In this document: positions 55,080 to 64,000 of the stretch, one piece after another
Numbering within the stretch: the first letter of the stretch is position 1
Layout of the letters: each line of letters begins with the position of its first letter
NCBI GenBank assembly: GCA_964507535.1
Contig: CAZDQG010000006.1
Coordinates: 53,141-117,140 of the forward strand
Source of the DNA: an uncultured Saprospiraceae bacterium
GTDB taxonomy: Bacteria; Bacteroidota; Bacteroidia; Chitinophagales; Saprospiraceae
Length of the DNA: 64,000 nt
Direction: 5' to 3'
Made by a program: the position numbers and the translations under genes
Notes under the pieces: generated by a model
Database searches by the model: none
Told to the model about the DNA's origin: nothing
Seen by the model: the letters and a program-made list of their open reading frames with translations, nothing else

Positions 55080-56195
55080 TTACAAATGAAGTAATACATC
55101 GTAGATGTGCTCTGCCGAGATATCCCAGCTAAATTGTGTGCGGTGGGACTTTCCAAGTGCGATGCGGTGATTTCTATCTTCCACTTGAAAGGATTCTTCG
55201 AGAGCCTGGCAAATACTTTCCGTACTGTCTGGATTAACCAAGTAAGCACCGGGACCGCCTACTTCCGGTAAAGAAAATCGATCTGATACAATGACAGGTA
55301 TATCGCAATGCAAAGCTTCAAGAATAGGGACTCCAAAACCTTCAAGGTACGATGGCAGAATAAGGCAATGCGCTGCAGCTAGGAGATTTGCGAGTTCTTC
55401 TCCTGTTTGGTATGGATACCAGATGATATCTGATTTAAATGGAGAAGTGTTTAGAATTTTATCAAAGGAATCCGTTGACCATGCTTTGCGGCCCACAAGT
55501 ATCAGCAACAGTTCGGATCCCGTTTTGGACTTAAACTGGTTGAAGGCCAATAAAAGATGTTCAACATTTTTTCTGGGATGGATAGCACCAACAAATATAA
55601 AATAGGGTTTACTTCTCGAATATGTGTTTCGTATCAGTTGTTGTTTTTCAAAATCAAGAGGCTTAAATAAATTGCGGACACCATTTGGTGCTACCGTAAT
55701 ATCTGTTTGAAGTAATGGGAAATGTGTTTTTATGTCAAGCTTCGTTGCTTCTGAAACTGCAATAAGAGATTTTGCTTTGAAAATTTGTTTTGGCACAAAA
55801 TGGCGATAGTATGTTCGAACCGTTAAAGGCACTTGTTCCGGATAATGCAAGTACGCCAAATCATGTACAACCATACACTGCGGAGTGCTGGTTTTTAAGG
55901 AACAGAAACCATCTGGACTAAAAAATACATCAGCTTTTATTTTTTGCAAGAATTTTGGAATGGAATATTCAAACCAAATATACCAAAGGAGAGGATGCCG
56001 GGCAGGTGGCTGCAGCACGATCGGAGTAACAGCAGGATGGTGGATAAATTCAGAATGGTAGGGCCGGTCAAAAATGAAAAAGTATTCATGATCGGGATGC
56101 TTCTCAACCATGCGGTCTACTATTTGCTGGGTATACAATCCAAGGCCTTCAAGTTTTCCATGGATTAAAAATCTCGTGTTTATAGCGATGCGCAT
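55080..56195 (-). CDS. Glycosyltransferase, GT4 family (GT-B fold)
   Basis: 371-aa ORF. C-terminal EGFGVPILEALHCDIPVIVSDRFSLPEV (E-x7-E type motif). N-terminal MRIAINTRFL typical of GT4 enzymes. Confidence 0.85.
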   Translation of the reverse strand: MRIAINTRFLIHGKLEGLGLYTQQIVDRMVEKHPDHEYFFIFDRPYHSEFIHHPAVTPIVLQPPARHPLLWYIWFEYSIPKFLQKIKADVFFSPDGFCSLKTSTPQCMVVHDLAYLHYPEQVPLTVRTYYRHFVPKQIFKAKSLIAVSEATKLDIKTHFPLLQTDITVAPNGVRNLFKPLDFEKQQLIRNTYSRSKPYFIFVGAIHPRKNVEHLLLAFNQFKSKTGSELLLILVGRKAWSTDSFDKILNTSPFKSDIIWYPYQTGEELANLLAAAHCLILPSYLEGFGVPILEALHCDIPVIVSDRFSLPEVGGPGAYLVNPDSTESICQALEESFQVEDRNHRIALGKSHRTQFSWDISAEHIYDVLLHL

Positions 56196-56347
56196 GTATA
56201 AGGAGTCTTTACGTGTACCTTCGTTCAGAATTGCTCGTGAATCTATAAGACTTTCATCGGGAAATGTAGTAATTTGGTCGTAAAATCCGCATTACAAGAA
56301 CTATTAAAGGCTCTTAAAATGTTGAGCAAAGGTAAAAACAATTAATT

Positions 56348-57247
56348 ATGGCACTTATAACCATTGGGATACTTCTATTATTTGTAAGTTTTGTAATCAG
56401 AAACCCCGACATGGGGATGAGCAGGGTGATGCGTTTTTTCCGGATTGCCGGGGCCTTACTAATTCTCATTGGATTCCTTTTTTCAAGTTTTGTAGAAATT
56501 GACGCTGGAAAAATTGGTATAAAAAAGTTATTTGGTAAAGTTCAGAGTGACATTCTGGAAAGTGGACTTCACATCATTAACCCGCTTATGAATGTCATTG
56601 AGCTAGATGTAAAAACACAAAACTATACCATGAGCAGTATTCACGATGAAAATACCCAAACCGGTGATGATGCAATAAATGTATTGACAAGTGATGGTTT
56701 GCAAGTTGTCATTGATTTGACGGTTCTTTTTCGTCTGAAAAAGGAAGAGGCTCCGCGCATCGTGCAGGAAATAGGAACCAATTACGTAGACAAAATCGTC
56801 AGGCCGATAGCACGTACGAAGATCCGCGATAACGCGGTCTATTACCAGGCAATTGAGTTATATTCAACAAAGCGAGATGAATTTCAGCAAAAAATTTATA
56901 AAAGCATAGAGGCGGACTTTTTGACCCGTGGTCTTGAGTTAGAACAACTGTTAGTTCGAAACATCGTACTTCCGGAATCTGTACGAGGTTCGATTGAAGA
57001 AAAAATACGTGCGGAACAGGATGCCCAGAAAATGACCTATATCTTACAAAAGGAAAAACAGGAAGCGGAACGAAAAAGGGTTGAAGCACAGGGTATCGCG
57101 GATTACCAACGCATTATCAACGCTACGCTTACGGAAAAGCAATTGCAATATGAATGGATCAAGGCATATCAAAATCTCGCCAATTCCAGCAATTCCAAAG
57201 TTATTGTGATGGATAAGAACAGTCCGATTATTATTGATGGAAAATAA
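56348..57247 (+). CDS. SPFH/band-7 (prohibitin/HflC-like) membrane protein
   Basis: 299-aa ORF. N-terminal TM helices. SPFH core (VEIDAGKIGIKKLFGKV...LTSDGLQVVIDLTVLFRL...). Coiled-coil EEKIRAEQDAQKM...EAERKRVEAQGIADYQR. Confidence 0.85.
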   Translation: MALITIGILLLFVSFVIRNPDMGMSRVMRFFRIAGALLILIGFLFSSFVEIDAGKIGIKKLFGKVQSDILESGLHIINPLMNVIELDVKTQNYTMSSIHDENTQTGDDAINVLTSDGLQVVIDLTVLFRLKKEEAPRIVQEIGTNYVDKIVRPIARTKIRDNAVYYQAIELYSTKRDEFQQKIYKSIEADFLTRGLELEQLLVRNIVLPESVRGSIEEKIRAEQDAQKMTYILQKEKQEAERKRVEAQGIADYQRIINATLTEKQLQYEWIKAYQNLANSSNSKVIVMDKNSPIIIDGK

Positions 57248-57262
57248 ATAATTCAACACACA

Positions 57263-58165
57263 TTATTTACCGCCAGGCTTTTCAAGTTTCTTCTGCCGCT
57301 TATCTTCTGAGTTCGCGGGAGCAGGCGTTTGTGTTGGAGTTGGATTCGCAGTACCCGTATTGGGTGGAGGAATGCGGTCCACAAGTTTTTTTATGCGTTC
57401 GTATTCTGCAATATTTCTGGTTTGTCCTTTGCAATCCAAGGCTTTGCTTTTATTTTCTATATTCTGAATGCGATTATTTGGACTTGGATGTGTACTTAAC
57501 CAGCTTGGGGGGGTAGGTTGGTTTTCTATTTTGTGAAAGAAACCACTTGCACCGGAGGCGTTGTATTCAGTGGGGCACAGATAGACTACAGACATGGAAT
57601 CAGCCTGAGTTTCGTGTGCTCTGCTAAAGCTTAATGCCAGGAGTGTGGTAGCGACTTGTTTAATAAGAGCTTTGTTACCAAGAGAAGCATCAGCAAGAAT
57701 TTGGACTCCCAGCAATTTACTCAGTTGCTTTGTACTATGACGCTTGGCTGCATGTGCTATTTCATGGCCGAGTACTCCTGCAAGTTGATCTTCGGAATCT
57801 AAAAATCGTATCAATCCGGTATACAAGTATATATAACCTCCAGGAGTAGCAAAAGCATTGAGTGTGCTGGTATCATTAAGAATAGTGACCTTCCACGGAA
57901 AATCATTGCTGTATTCTACTTTTCCCGATTTCAGAATTTTGTGAACGATAGTTCGTACATATTTATAGAGTTCCTCATTTCCTTGTTCAGGTACTTCAGG
58001 ATATTGGACTTTATTTGAATCAATTTCAAAATGAACCTGTTTACCCAAAGCAACATCCTGACTTACGGGAAATAAATTAAGATTGTCCCATCCTTCCTGA
58101 AGGGTTTTGCATGATGTAAAGACGATAGAAAGAAAAATAAAAAAAAGGGGGGTTTGAAGTTTCAT
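57263..58165 (-). CDS. M48-family zinc metallopeptidase lipoprotein
   Basis: 300-aa ORF with lipobox VFTSC. HEIAHAAKRH (HExxH) with downstream E (HETQADS). Pro/Thr-rich C-terminal tail. Confidence 0.85.
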   Translation of the reverse strand: MKLQTPLFFIFLSIVFTSCKTLQEGWDNLNLFPVSQDVALGKQVHFEIDSNKVQYPEVPEQGNEELYKYVRTIVHKILKSGKVEYSNDFPWKVTILNDTSTLNAFATPGGYIYLYTGLIRFLDSEDQLAGVLGHEIAHAAKRHSTKQLSKLLGVQILADASLGNKALIKQVATTLLALSFSRAHETQADSMSVVYLCPTEYNASGASGFFHKIENQPTPPSWLSTHPSPNNRIQNIENKSKALDCKGQTRNIAEYERIKKLVDRIPPPNTGTANPTPTQTPAPANSEDKRQKKLEKPGGK

Positions 58166-58234
58166 TTTACGGTATTAAATGGAGTAAAAGTCTTTCGAAC
58201 GCGATGAAGAATAAAATTAAAGATCGGTGAATTT

Positions 58235-59743
58235 TCATTCAGAAGGTATACTATGAGGAAAATTTAACGCATAAAGAAAGGAGGTACTTTGCTCATAATG
58301 GTCTGAAGGGATATGGTCTTCTTCAATAAATGGGATTTCAACAAGATACTTTTTAACGAGATCCGATAACACCGGGTTGATTTGAAGATTATTCCTGTAT
58401 TTTAATGCCCTGCAGGCAGTCATCCACTCCATAGCTAAAACTGTTTGTGTGTTGCGTGCGATATGCCGGCACTTAATTCCGGCATTGGCAGCCATACTTA
58501 CATGATCTTCCTGGCCTTTTGAACTGATTATGGAATCTACTGAAGAAGGAGTACTCAATTGTTTGTTTAAACTCACAGCAGCTGCAGCGGCATATTGGAC
58601 GATCATGTATCCGGAATGAAGCCCTGGAGTTGAGGTAAGGAAATCGGGAAGACCGCGGTGCCCGCAGATAAGTTGATAAAGTCTACGTTCTGAAATTTGG
58701 GCTAATTCTGATAAAGCGATGCCTAAAAAATCAGAAGCCAATGCAATAGGTTGCGCATGAAAATTACCACCACTTACGATTTCGTAATCCGAAATGAGTA
58801 ATGGATTGTCACTGACTGCATTTATTTCATTGGTAGCAATGGTTTCTACATATTGAATGACATCCAGGCTTGCACCATGCACTTGAGGTGCGCAGCGGAA
58901 GGAATAAGGATCCTGTACAGCTTTTCCAGGTCGTGTTGGCAAGTCGCTGGAAGAAATCCAGGCTCTCATTTCCGTTGCAGCTTGGATCTGGCCATTTTGT
59001 CTCCGGATTTCATGAATCTTTGGATGAAGAAAACCAGACTGTCCATTGAATGCTTCCAAAGAACAAGCACCAATCATATTGGCTAAGTGAAAACTTTGGC
59101 GGGCAATGAACAAAGAATCGAGTAAAAGGGATAGCGAAAACTGGGTTCCATTCAACAAAGCCAATCCTTCCTTGGCTTTGAGCATAGGGATTTTTATACC
59201 GGCACTATTCAGTAAATCGAGACTTTCATAGACCTGATTGTTGTATCGAATTTTACCTTCTCCAATGCAGGGCAATGACAGATGTGCCAGAGGAGCAAGA
59301 TCGCCGGAGGCACCCAAAGATCCCATTATAGGAATCTGCGGAAAAAAATTATGATTATATAAGTCAATCAGGAAATTGATCAATTGGGAGCGGACACCAG
59401 AGTAGCCTTGTGAGAGGCATAGAATTTTTAAAAATAAACAAAGCCGCACTATGGAATCCGGAGCCAGGTCTCCAAAACCGCATGCATGTGATCGAACCAG
59501 GTTGCATTGAAGTTCTGTCAGTTGTTCATCCGCTATTACGGTGTTACATAAGGCACCGAAACCGGTATTGACACCATATATTGGATTATCGCCATTTAGG
59601 AGAATGGAATCAAGTTGATTTCTTCGCAAGTCCAGGATTCCCTGCTGATCCGGGGAGAGTCTCAGTTTTTGATTGGTATGCAGGGCCTGCAGGACTTCGG
59701 CAAGAGTATACGTGCGATTGTAAATGAGAAATTCAGCTTGCAT
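58235..59743 (-). CDS. hutH: Histidine ammonia-lyase (MIO-dependent aromatic amino acid lyase family)
   Basis: MIO-forming GSLGASGDLAPLAH (Ala-Ser-Gly). YGVNTGFG. Selectivity-switch position reads Ser-His (NLVRSHACG), as in HALs. Start set at MQAEFLIYN (59743). Confidence 0.85.
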   Translation of the reverse strand: MQAEFLIYNRTYTLAEVLQALHTNQKLRLSPDQQGILDLRRNQLDSILLNGDNPIYGVNTGFGALCNTVIADEQLTELQCNLVRSHACGFGDLAPDSIVRLCLFLKILCLSQGYSGVRSQLINFLIDLYNHNFFPQIPIMGSLGASGDLAPLAHLSLPCIGEGKIRYNNQVYESLDLLNSAGIKIPMLKAKEGLALLNGTQFSLSLLLDSLFIARQSFHLANMIGACSLEAFNGQSGFLHPKIHEIRRQNGQIQAATEMRAWISSSDLPTRPGKAVQDPYSFRCAPQVHGASLDVIQYVETIATNEINAVSDNPLLISDYEIVSGGNFHAQPIALASDFLGIALSELAQISERRLYQLICGHRGLPDFLTSTPGLHSGYMIVQYAAAAAVSLNKQLSTPSSVDSIISSKGQEDHVSMAANAGIKCRHIARNTQTVLAMEWMTACRALKYRNNLQINPVLSDLVKKYLVEIPFIEEDHIPSDHYEQSTSFLYALNFPHSIPSE

Positions 59744-59916
59744 GCTCAAAGATAATATACTGTAAAACATACGGTACAATGCGCAGGTCTTTACAGCGCC
59801 CTGCGGTTTCTATGCTTTTTAGTTAAGTCGGGGTTAAACTTACATATCAGGAAACCAAAAGAAAGGATTCTGCTTTTAATAGATGGGTATTGAACACATT
59901 TTTTTTGCAAATTGAG

Positions 59917-59924
59917 TAAATTTG
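59917..59924 (+). promoter_or_regulatory. TAnnTTTG -7 element upstream of the first skp gene
   Basis: TAAATTTG lies 47 nt upstream of the ATG at 59972, within the ORF-track N-terminal extension. Confidence 0.3.
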
Positions 59925-59971
59925 TGTACTTTTTAGATTGTAAAGCCGTTTTGCATATCAAATTATCTGTG

Positions 59972-60487
59972 ATGAAAAATAAATGGATTTCCGTACTGTT
60001 TTTTTGTTTCTCATTGACGTTTACACTCAACGCACAGCGTTTTGCATTGGTTGACGTGAATAAGATTTTGGAAAACCTTGATGAGTATAAATCTGCACAA
60101 CAGGAGCTCGATCGCGTATCTGCGACCTGGAAACAGGAAATTGCAATTGAGTACGATAAAATAAAAGCCATGTATAATAAATATCAGGCTGAACAGGTGT
60201 TAATGACGGAAGAACAAAGGAAGCTTAAGGAAGAAGAAATTACGAATAAGGAAAAGGATGCCCGGAGGATGCAAAAAGAAAAATTCGGAGAAGAGGGCGA
60301 GTTATTTAAGCGTCGCCAGGAACTTGTGCGACCCGTTCAAGAAAAGGTATACAATGCAATTCAGGACTTTGCTTTGGCAAACACACTTGATGCCATTTTC
60401 GATACGAGCGGGACTGCCGGTATCATTTATTACAATAAAGACCTGGATAAAACAGAGGCGATATTGAAAAAATTAAAAACAAAATAA
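59972..60487 (+). CDS. skp: OmpH/Skp-family periplasmic chaperone
   Basis: Start at MKNKWISVLFFCFSLTFTLNAQ (signal peptide). RFALVDVNKIL, then a long charged coiled coil. Typical OmpH layout. Confidence 0.85.
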   Translation: MKNKWISVLFFCFSLTFTLNAQRFALVDVNKILENLDEYKSAQQELDRVSATWKQEIAIEYDKIKAMYNKYQAEQVLMTEEQRKLKEEEITNKEKDARRMQKEKFGEEGELFKRRQELVRPVQEKVYNAIQDFALANTLDAIFDTSGTAGIIYYNKDLDKTEAILKKLKTK

Positions 60488-60499
60488 AAGCGACCGCTG

Positions 60500-60507
60500 T
60501 ATCTTTG
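60500..60507 (+). promoter_or_regulatory. TAnnTTTG -7 element upstream of the second skp gene
   Basis: TATCTTTG lies 21 nt upstream of the ATG at 60529. Confidence 0.35.
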
Positions 60508-60528
60508 CGACCCAAATAAAATTATAAT

Positions 60529-61047
60529 ATGATGAAAATCAGCTCATTAATATTTACTTTTTGCATATTTATTCTTGGCTTGGTCCCACAGGCTGCTCAT
60601 GCTCAAAAGTTTGGATACATGAATTCCCAGGCATTGATGGCCGAGCTTCCGGAGGTAAAACAGGCCGATGCCAATCTTCAGGCACTTCAGACCCAGCTAG
60701 AGAAAAAGGGCCAACAAATGGTTCAGGAACTCGAAGCGAAATATAAAGATCTTCAGCGTCGCGAACAATCCGGGGAAATTAGTCCGAAAGCATTGGATGA
60801 AGAAGCAAAAAAACTAAAAGAACAAGAAGCGGAGTTGGGCAAATTTGAACAAGAGGTACAAAAACAGTTGGTTGCAAAACGTCAGGAATTATTGCAGCCC
60901 GTTATTGACAAATTAAATAATGCAATTAAGCAAGTAGCCCTTGAGGGTCAGTTTACGTACATTTTTGATGCCAGTGCGGGAATGCTGCTTTATGCCCAAG
61001 ATTCGCTTGATGTTACGGCTCAGGTTCGTGGAAAACTAGGCATTTAA
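60529..61047 (+). CDS. skp: OmpH/Skp-family periplasmic chaperone (second paralogue)
   Basis: 172-aa ORF. Signal peptide ...PQAAHAQ. KFGYMNSQALM, then coiled coil. Tandem with the first copy. Confidence 0.85.
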   Translation: MMKISSLIFTFCIFILGLVPQAAHAQKFGYMNSQALMAELPEVKQADANLQALQTQLEKKGQQMVQELEAKYKDLQRREQSGEISPKALDEEAKKLKEQEAELGKFEQEVQKQLVAKRQELLQPVIDKLNNAIKQVALEGQFTYIFDASAGMLLYAQDSLDVTAQVRGKLGI

Positions 61048-61051
61048 ACCT

Positions 61052-61861
61052 GTGAATCCGGGTTCAGACCGGCCAATCGGTATCTTTGATTCAGGAATCG
61101 GAGGACTTACGATTGCTTCTGCAATTCACAAATTATTACCCGAAGAACGCATCATATATTTTGGCGATACAGCGCACTTACCTTACGGTGAAAAATCGTT
61201 AGACGCTATTCGTTATTTTTCATTGCGTATTTGCCGATTTTTACTGGATCATCAATGCAAAGCCATTGTGGTAGCGTGTAATTCCGCATCTACTGCTGCA
61301 TATGAGGTTCTCCTTGAATTTTTTAAAGACAAAGCACTCTTTGTAAACGTAGTAGACCCCTTGGTTGAGGCGTGTTGTAACCACGGATTCAAAAGAGTAG
61401 GCATCATTGCAACGCATGCAACGGTTCAGTCGGGAGTCTATGAAAGACAATTGCGAAAATGTCGCGAGGACATAATTGTACAAGCATTGGCAACGCCCTT
61501 GCTTGCTCCCATGATTGAAGAAGGCTTTGTGCATAATACCATCAGCCATTCGGTTATTGAAACGTATTTGTCAGATCCCATACTTAATGGAATAGAAACA
61601 CTGTTGTTAGCTTGTACCCATTATCCATTAATCCGGGCAGAAATAATGAATTATTACCATAACCGGATACCGGTAATGGATTCCACTGAGGTGACCGCAC
61701 ACGCCTTGAAAAAAGCCTTGGAATCGCAAGCCCTTTTAAATACAAAAAAAACAGGGCAAGATCGATTTTACGTGTCTGATTTTTCCGAGAGTTTTTTAAA
61801 AACTACCCGTCTCTTTTATCCGGAGGACATTTCACTGGAATTGAATAATATTTGGATTTAA
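61052..61861 (+). CDS. murI: Glutamate racemase
   Basis: 269-aa ORF (GTG start). IGIFDSGIGGLT, VVACNSAS and LLACTHYP (two catalytic Cys regions). Confidence 0.93.
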   Translation: MNPGSDRPIGIFDSGIGGLTIASAIHKLLPEERIIYFGDTAHLPYGEKSLDAIRYFSLRICRFLLDHQCKAIVVACNSASTAAYEVLLEFFKDKALFVNVVDPLVEACCNHGFKRVGIIATHATVQSGVYERQLRKCREDIIVQALATPLLAPMIEEGFVHNTISHSVIETYLSDPILNGIETLLLACTHYPLIRAEIMNYYHNRIPVMDSTEVTAHALKKALESQALLNTKKTGQDRFYVSDFSESFLKTTRLFYPEDISLELNNIWI

Positions 61862-62023
61862 ATTTCATGAGGTAGATATCATTGCATTTCATTTTTAAGG
61901 GATTCTATCTTTCAATTCCATTCTTTTATTATACTTTATTAAAATGATCCATTTCGATTCAAAATGGGTATGAAATGAAACTTTTCATTTCTACGTAGCG
62001 TTATACTTGTAAAATTAAACAAA

Positions 62024-62518
62024 ATGAATGCTGCAAGTTGGCACCTGTTGCTCAATCATCTACCGATTATGGGTATGTTTTTTGGGCTAGCGATTCTTGT
62101 ATTTGGAATGATATTTAAAAATCAGATTGCAAAAAGGATTGCACTTGCTGTATTTATTTTTTCAGGGCTCTCAGCCCTGATCGCAAATCAAACAGGGGAG
62201 CAAGCAGAAGACGTGGTTGAAAAGCTAGCGGGAATTCAGGAACAATTTATACATGATCACGAAGAAGCTGCTGAGCGTTTTCTAAGCATTTGTTTGGTAT
62301 TGGGGGGTGTTTCATTGGTCGCTTTGTGGATGGACTGGAAAAAGAAGACCATGGTCCAATATGCATATATGGTGGTTCTTTTTATTTCGACATTCAACAT
62401 GTACTTTGCTTATTCAGCAGGTCATTCAGGTGGAGAAATACGGCATCCTGAAATCCGAATAGAAGGAGCAGCTCTTTCCCCTTCGCCATCCGGCACACAG
62501 GAAAAGGACGATGATTAA
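62024..62518 (+). CDS. Hypothetical 4-TM membrane protein
   Basis: 164-aa ORF with four hydrophobic helices (HLLLNHLPIMGMFFGLAILVFGMI etc.), a charged loop (EQAEDVVEKLAGIQEQFIHDHEEAAE) and a soluble acidic tail. No motif recognised. Confidence 0.45.
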   Translation: MNAASWHLLLNHLPIMGMFFGLAILVFGMIFKNQIAKRIALAVFIFSGLSALIANQTGEQAEDVVEKLAGIQEQFIHDHEEAAERFLSICLVLGGVSLVALWMDWKKKTMVQYAYMVVLFISTFNMYFAYSAGHSGGEIRHPEIRIEGAALSPSPSGTQEKDDD

Positions 62519-63030
62519 TAAATCTCAGAATAATTAGGATTGTTGACCCAGCGACTCCAGTTTCGGTTATAGGTGTGTATTTTTTTGACAAGCATACACG
62601 TATCATCATAAACTGGAAAGTCTTGATTTATCCATTCAAAAATACCCCCATATAAATTATACACATTGGTGAAACCCGCGCTTTTTAATTTCGTAGCAAG
62701 GATCTCACTTCGATAACCAACGGAGCAGTAACAAACAATTTTCTTTTTAAAATCAATATTTCCGGGCAGGCTTGTATGATCTACATTGTAGTCTACCCTA
62801 ATGGCATTTTCAATATGTGAAATGAGGTATTCTTCATTACTGCGGGTATCAAGTATGATGTAATCTCCCTGGTTTTTAAAGAGCTGTTCACAAGCCAATT
62901 CCGGAACTGAATGTTTCAATAAACTTTGAAGTTTTCTCGCAAAGGAAGGGTCCAGTATGCGGGGATCATTTTGGGAACAGCATGTTGCAGTAAAAGAGCA
63001 GCACGAAACAAGCAGGAGAATCCATTTCAT
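62515..63030 (-). CDS. Exported rhodanese-domain sulfurtransferase
   Basis: 171-aa ORF. Signal/lipoprotein-like MKWILLLVSCCSF. Active-site loop CYCSVGYRS (CxxGxRS). ATG overlaps the mvaD stop (ATGA). Confidence 0.8.
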   Translation of the reverse strand: MKWILLLVSCCSFTATCCSQNDPRILDPSFARKLQSLLKHSVPELACEQLFKNQGDYIILDTRSNEEYLISHIENAIRVDYNVDHTSLPGNIDFKKKIVCYCSVGYRSEILATKLKSAGFTNVYNLYGGIFEWINQDFPVYDDTCMLVKKIHTYNRNWSRWVNNPNYSEIY

Positions 63031-63998
63031 AAAACTTCCTGGGGTCCTTTACCAATATGATCTTTGAGAATTGCCAGTTTGGGATTGTACGCAAGGAGTT
63101 CAGATGAAATCCAATTATCCACGGCCGCTTTGGAAGATTCTGGAAAAAGCACATGAATATTTGGCCCTGCATCTATTGTAAAGCAAATAGGAAGTGAGAT
63201 GTTTTTTCTAAGGTCCTGAATGGAATGAATAATCCGTACGGATTCCGGCTCCAGCAACAAATACCCTGGCTTCGAACTCATCATGAGGCCATGCAGACTT
63301 AAAGCCTCTTCTTCTGATATTTCGGTAAAAGCATCCCAGTCTCCAGTACGAACGATTGTTAGTAATTTATGAAGATTGTCTGTGGCTTGGGCAATCCGTG
63401 CTGTTCTGTAAGGGTGATTATTCATCAGACTGTGACCTGCAGATGAGGATACGGATTTTTCACTTTTATTTACAAGGATTACATAGTCATGCAGTGTTCT
63501 AAACAAAGCATGTATACTTGACTCCATGGGAATTGCAAATTCATCGGAGCTATCTGGTTCATCAGGAGTTAAGCCCCACAGGCTAGCATAGGGATATACC
63601 GATCTGCAGGCAGACCCTGATCCTAATCGAGCCAAGAAAGAAGCTCTTCGGAGGAATTCCATTTGCGAAAGATCTCGTCCTTGTATATTTTTTTCCATGG
63701 AAACGATACCTAAAGCAAGTGCGCTCATGGAAGAAGCAGAAGAAGCGATTCCGGCAGAATGGGGAAAACTATTCGAAGAGTCAATATGAAGATTCCAATC
63801 CTTCAGCCATGGTACATGGATTTTCAGCAAGTCCAGAAAGCTTTTGATTTTAGGTTCAAATGCAGGTTTTGGAGCACCTTCATAAAGGAAGCTAAGTCCG
63901 TAGGTATCTCCTTTCGAATTGGGTTCCCAGAGAATTTTTGTAGTTGTAGAACTGCTTGAAAGGCTAAAACTAAATGAAGGATTCATAGGAATCTGCAC
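63027..63998 (-). CDS. mvaD: Diphosphomevalonate decarboxylase (GHMP kinase superfamily), probably 5'-truncated by the window edge
   Basis: SNSFPHSAGIASSASSMSALALGI (GHMP ATP-binding motif), LGSGSACRS, FTIDAGPNIHVLF (DAGPN). The frame is open to the window end and the usual N-terminal region seems incomplete. Confidence 0.8.
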   Translation of the reverse strand: MQIPMNPSFSFSLSSSSTTTKILWEPNSKGDTYGLSFLYEGAPKPAFEPKIKSFLDLLKIHVPWLKDWNLHIDSSNSFPHSAGIASSASSMSALALGIVSMEKNIQGRDLSQMEFLRRASFLARLGSGSACRSVYPYASLWGLTPDEPDSSDEFAIPMESSIHALFRTLHDYVILVNKSEKSVSSSAGHSLMNNHPYRTARIAQATDNLHKLLTIVRTGDWDAFTEISEEEALSLHGLMMSSKPGYLLLEPESVRIIHSIQDLRKNISLPICFTIDAGPNIHVLFPESSKAAVDNWISSELLAYNPKLAILKDHIGKGPQEVL

Positions 63999-64000
63999 AC

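Noticed and set aside
1-64000. Scan for CRISPR repeats, IS/transposase/integrase genes, tRNA/rRNA genes and known defence-system signatures (nucleases, STAND/AAA ATPases, reverse transcriptases, toxin-antitoxin pairs)
   Set aside because: Nothing resembling these was seen in the six-frame translations or in the intergenic spacers. By-eye scanning could miss small RNAs and short degenerate repeats.

Overview
This is a gene-dense chromosomal segment that looks like Bacteroidota. Supporting signs: T9SS C-terminal sorting domains on two secreted proteins, a GldD-like lipoprotein after mutY-ssb, a skp-skp-murI block, TAnnTTTG -7 boxes 14-25 nt upstream of several ATGs, and several TTG/GTG starts at tight gene junctions.

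Most genes are housekeeping: ileS, prfA, mtaB, lgt, mutY, ssb, ctaA, dtd, nadK, secA, rodA, tgt, lptF/G, hutH, murI, and a partial mvaD. Mixed in are many envelope or secreted proteins, three ECF sigma factors, and a phaJ / phaE-like / phaC (class III PHA synthase) locus.

I found no rRNA, tRNA, CRISPR array, transposase, integrase, prophage genes or recognisable anti-phage defence genes. I cannot point to a clear-cut novel system.

The best candidates for under-described biology are:
- an ECF sigma factor translationally coupled to a protein that joins an inner-membrane anchor to a C-terminal outer-membrane-type beta-barrel (32194-34103);
- a translationally coupled GAF-PP2C phosphatase / TM2-TPR / CBS module behind an orphan ABC permease (37312-40912);
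- a lipoprotein plus beta-barrel pair converging on a 1063-aa Omp85-like protein (16625-23168);
- an unusually long, Asn/Gln/Met/Trp-rich PhaE-like subunit separated from phaC by a terminator-like hairpin (13101-14643);
- a Cys-less soluble anti-sigma candidate with its sigma factor, divergent from a thioredoxin-fold / MsrA-like fusion (24498-26444).

All functional calls rest on motifs read by eye in the supplied translations and on remembered family signatures. No searches were run. Start codons were adjusted from the ORF track where signal peptides, overlaps or -7 boxes argued for it.
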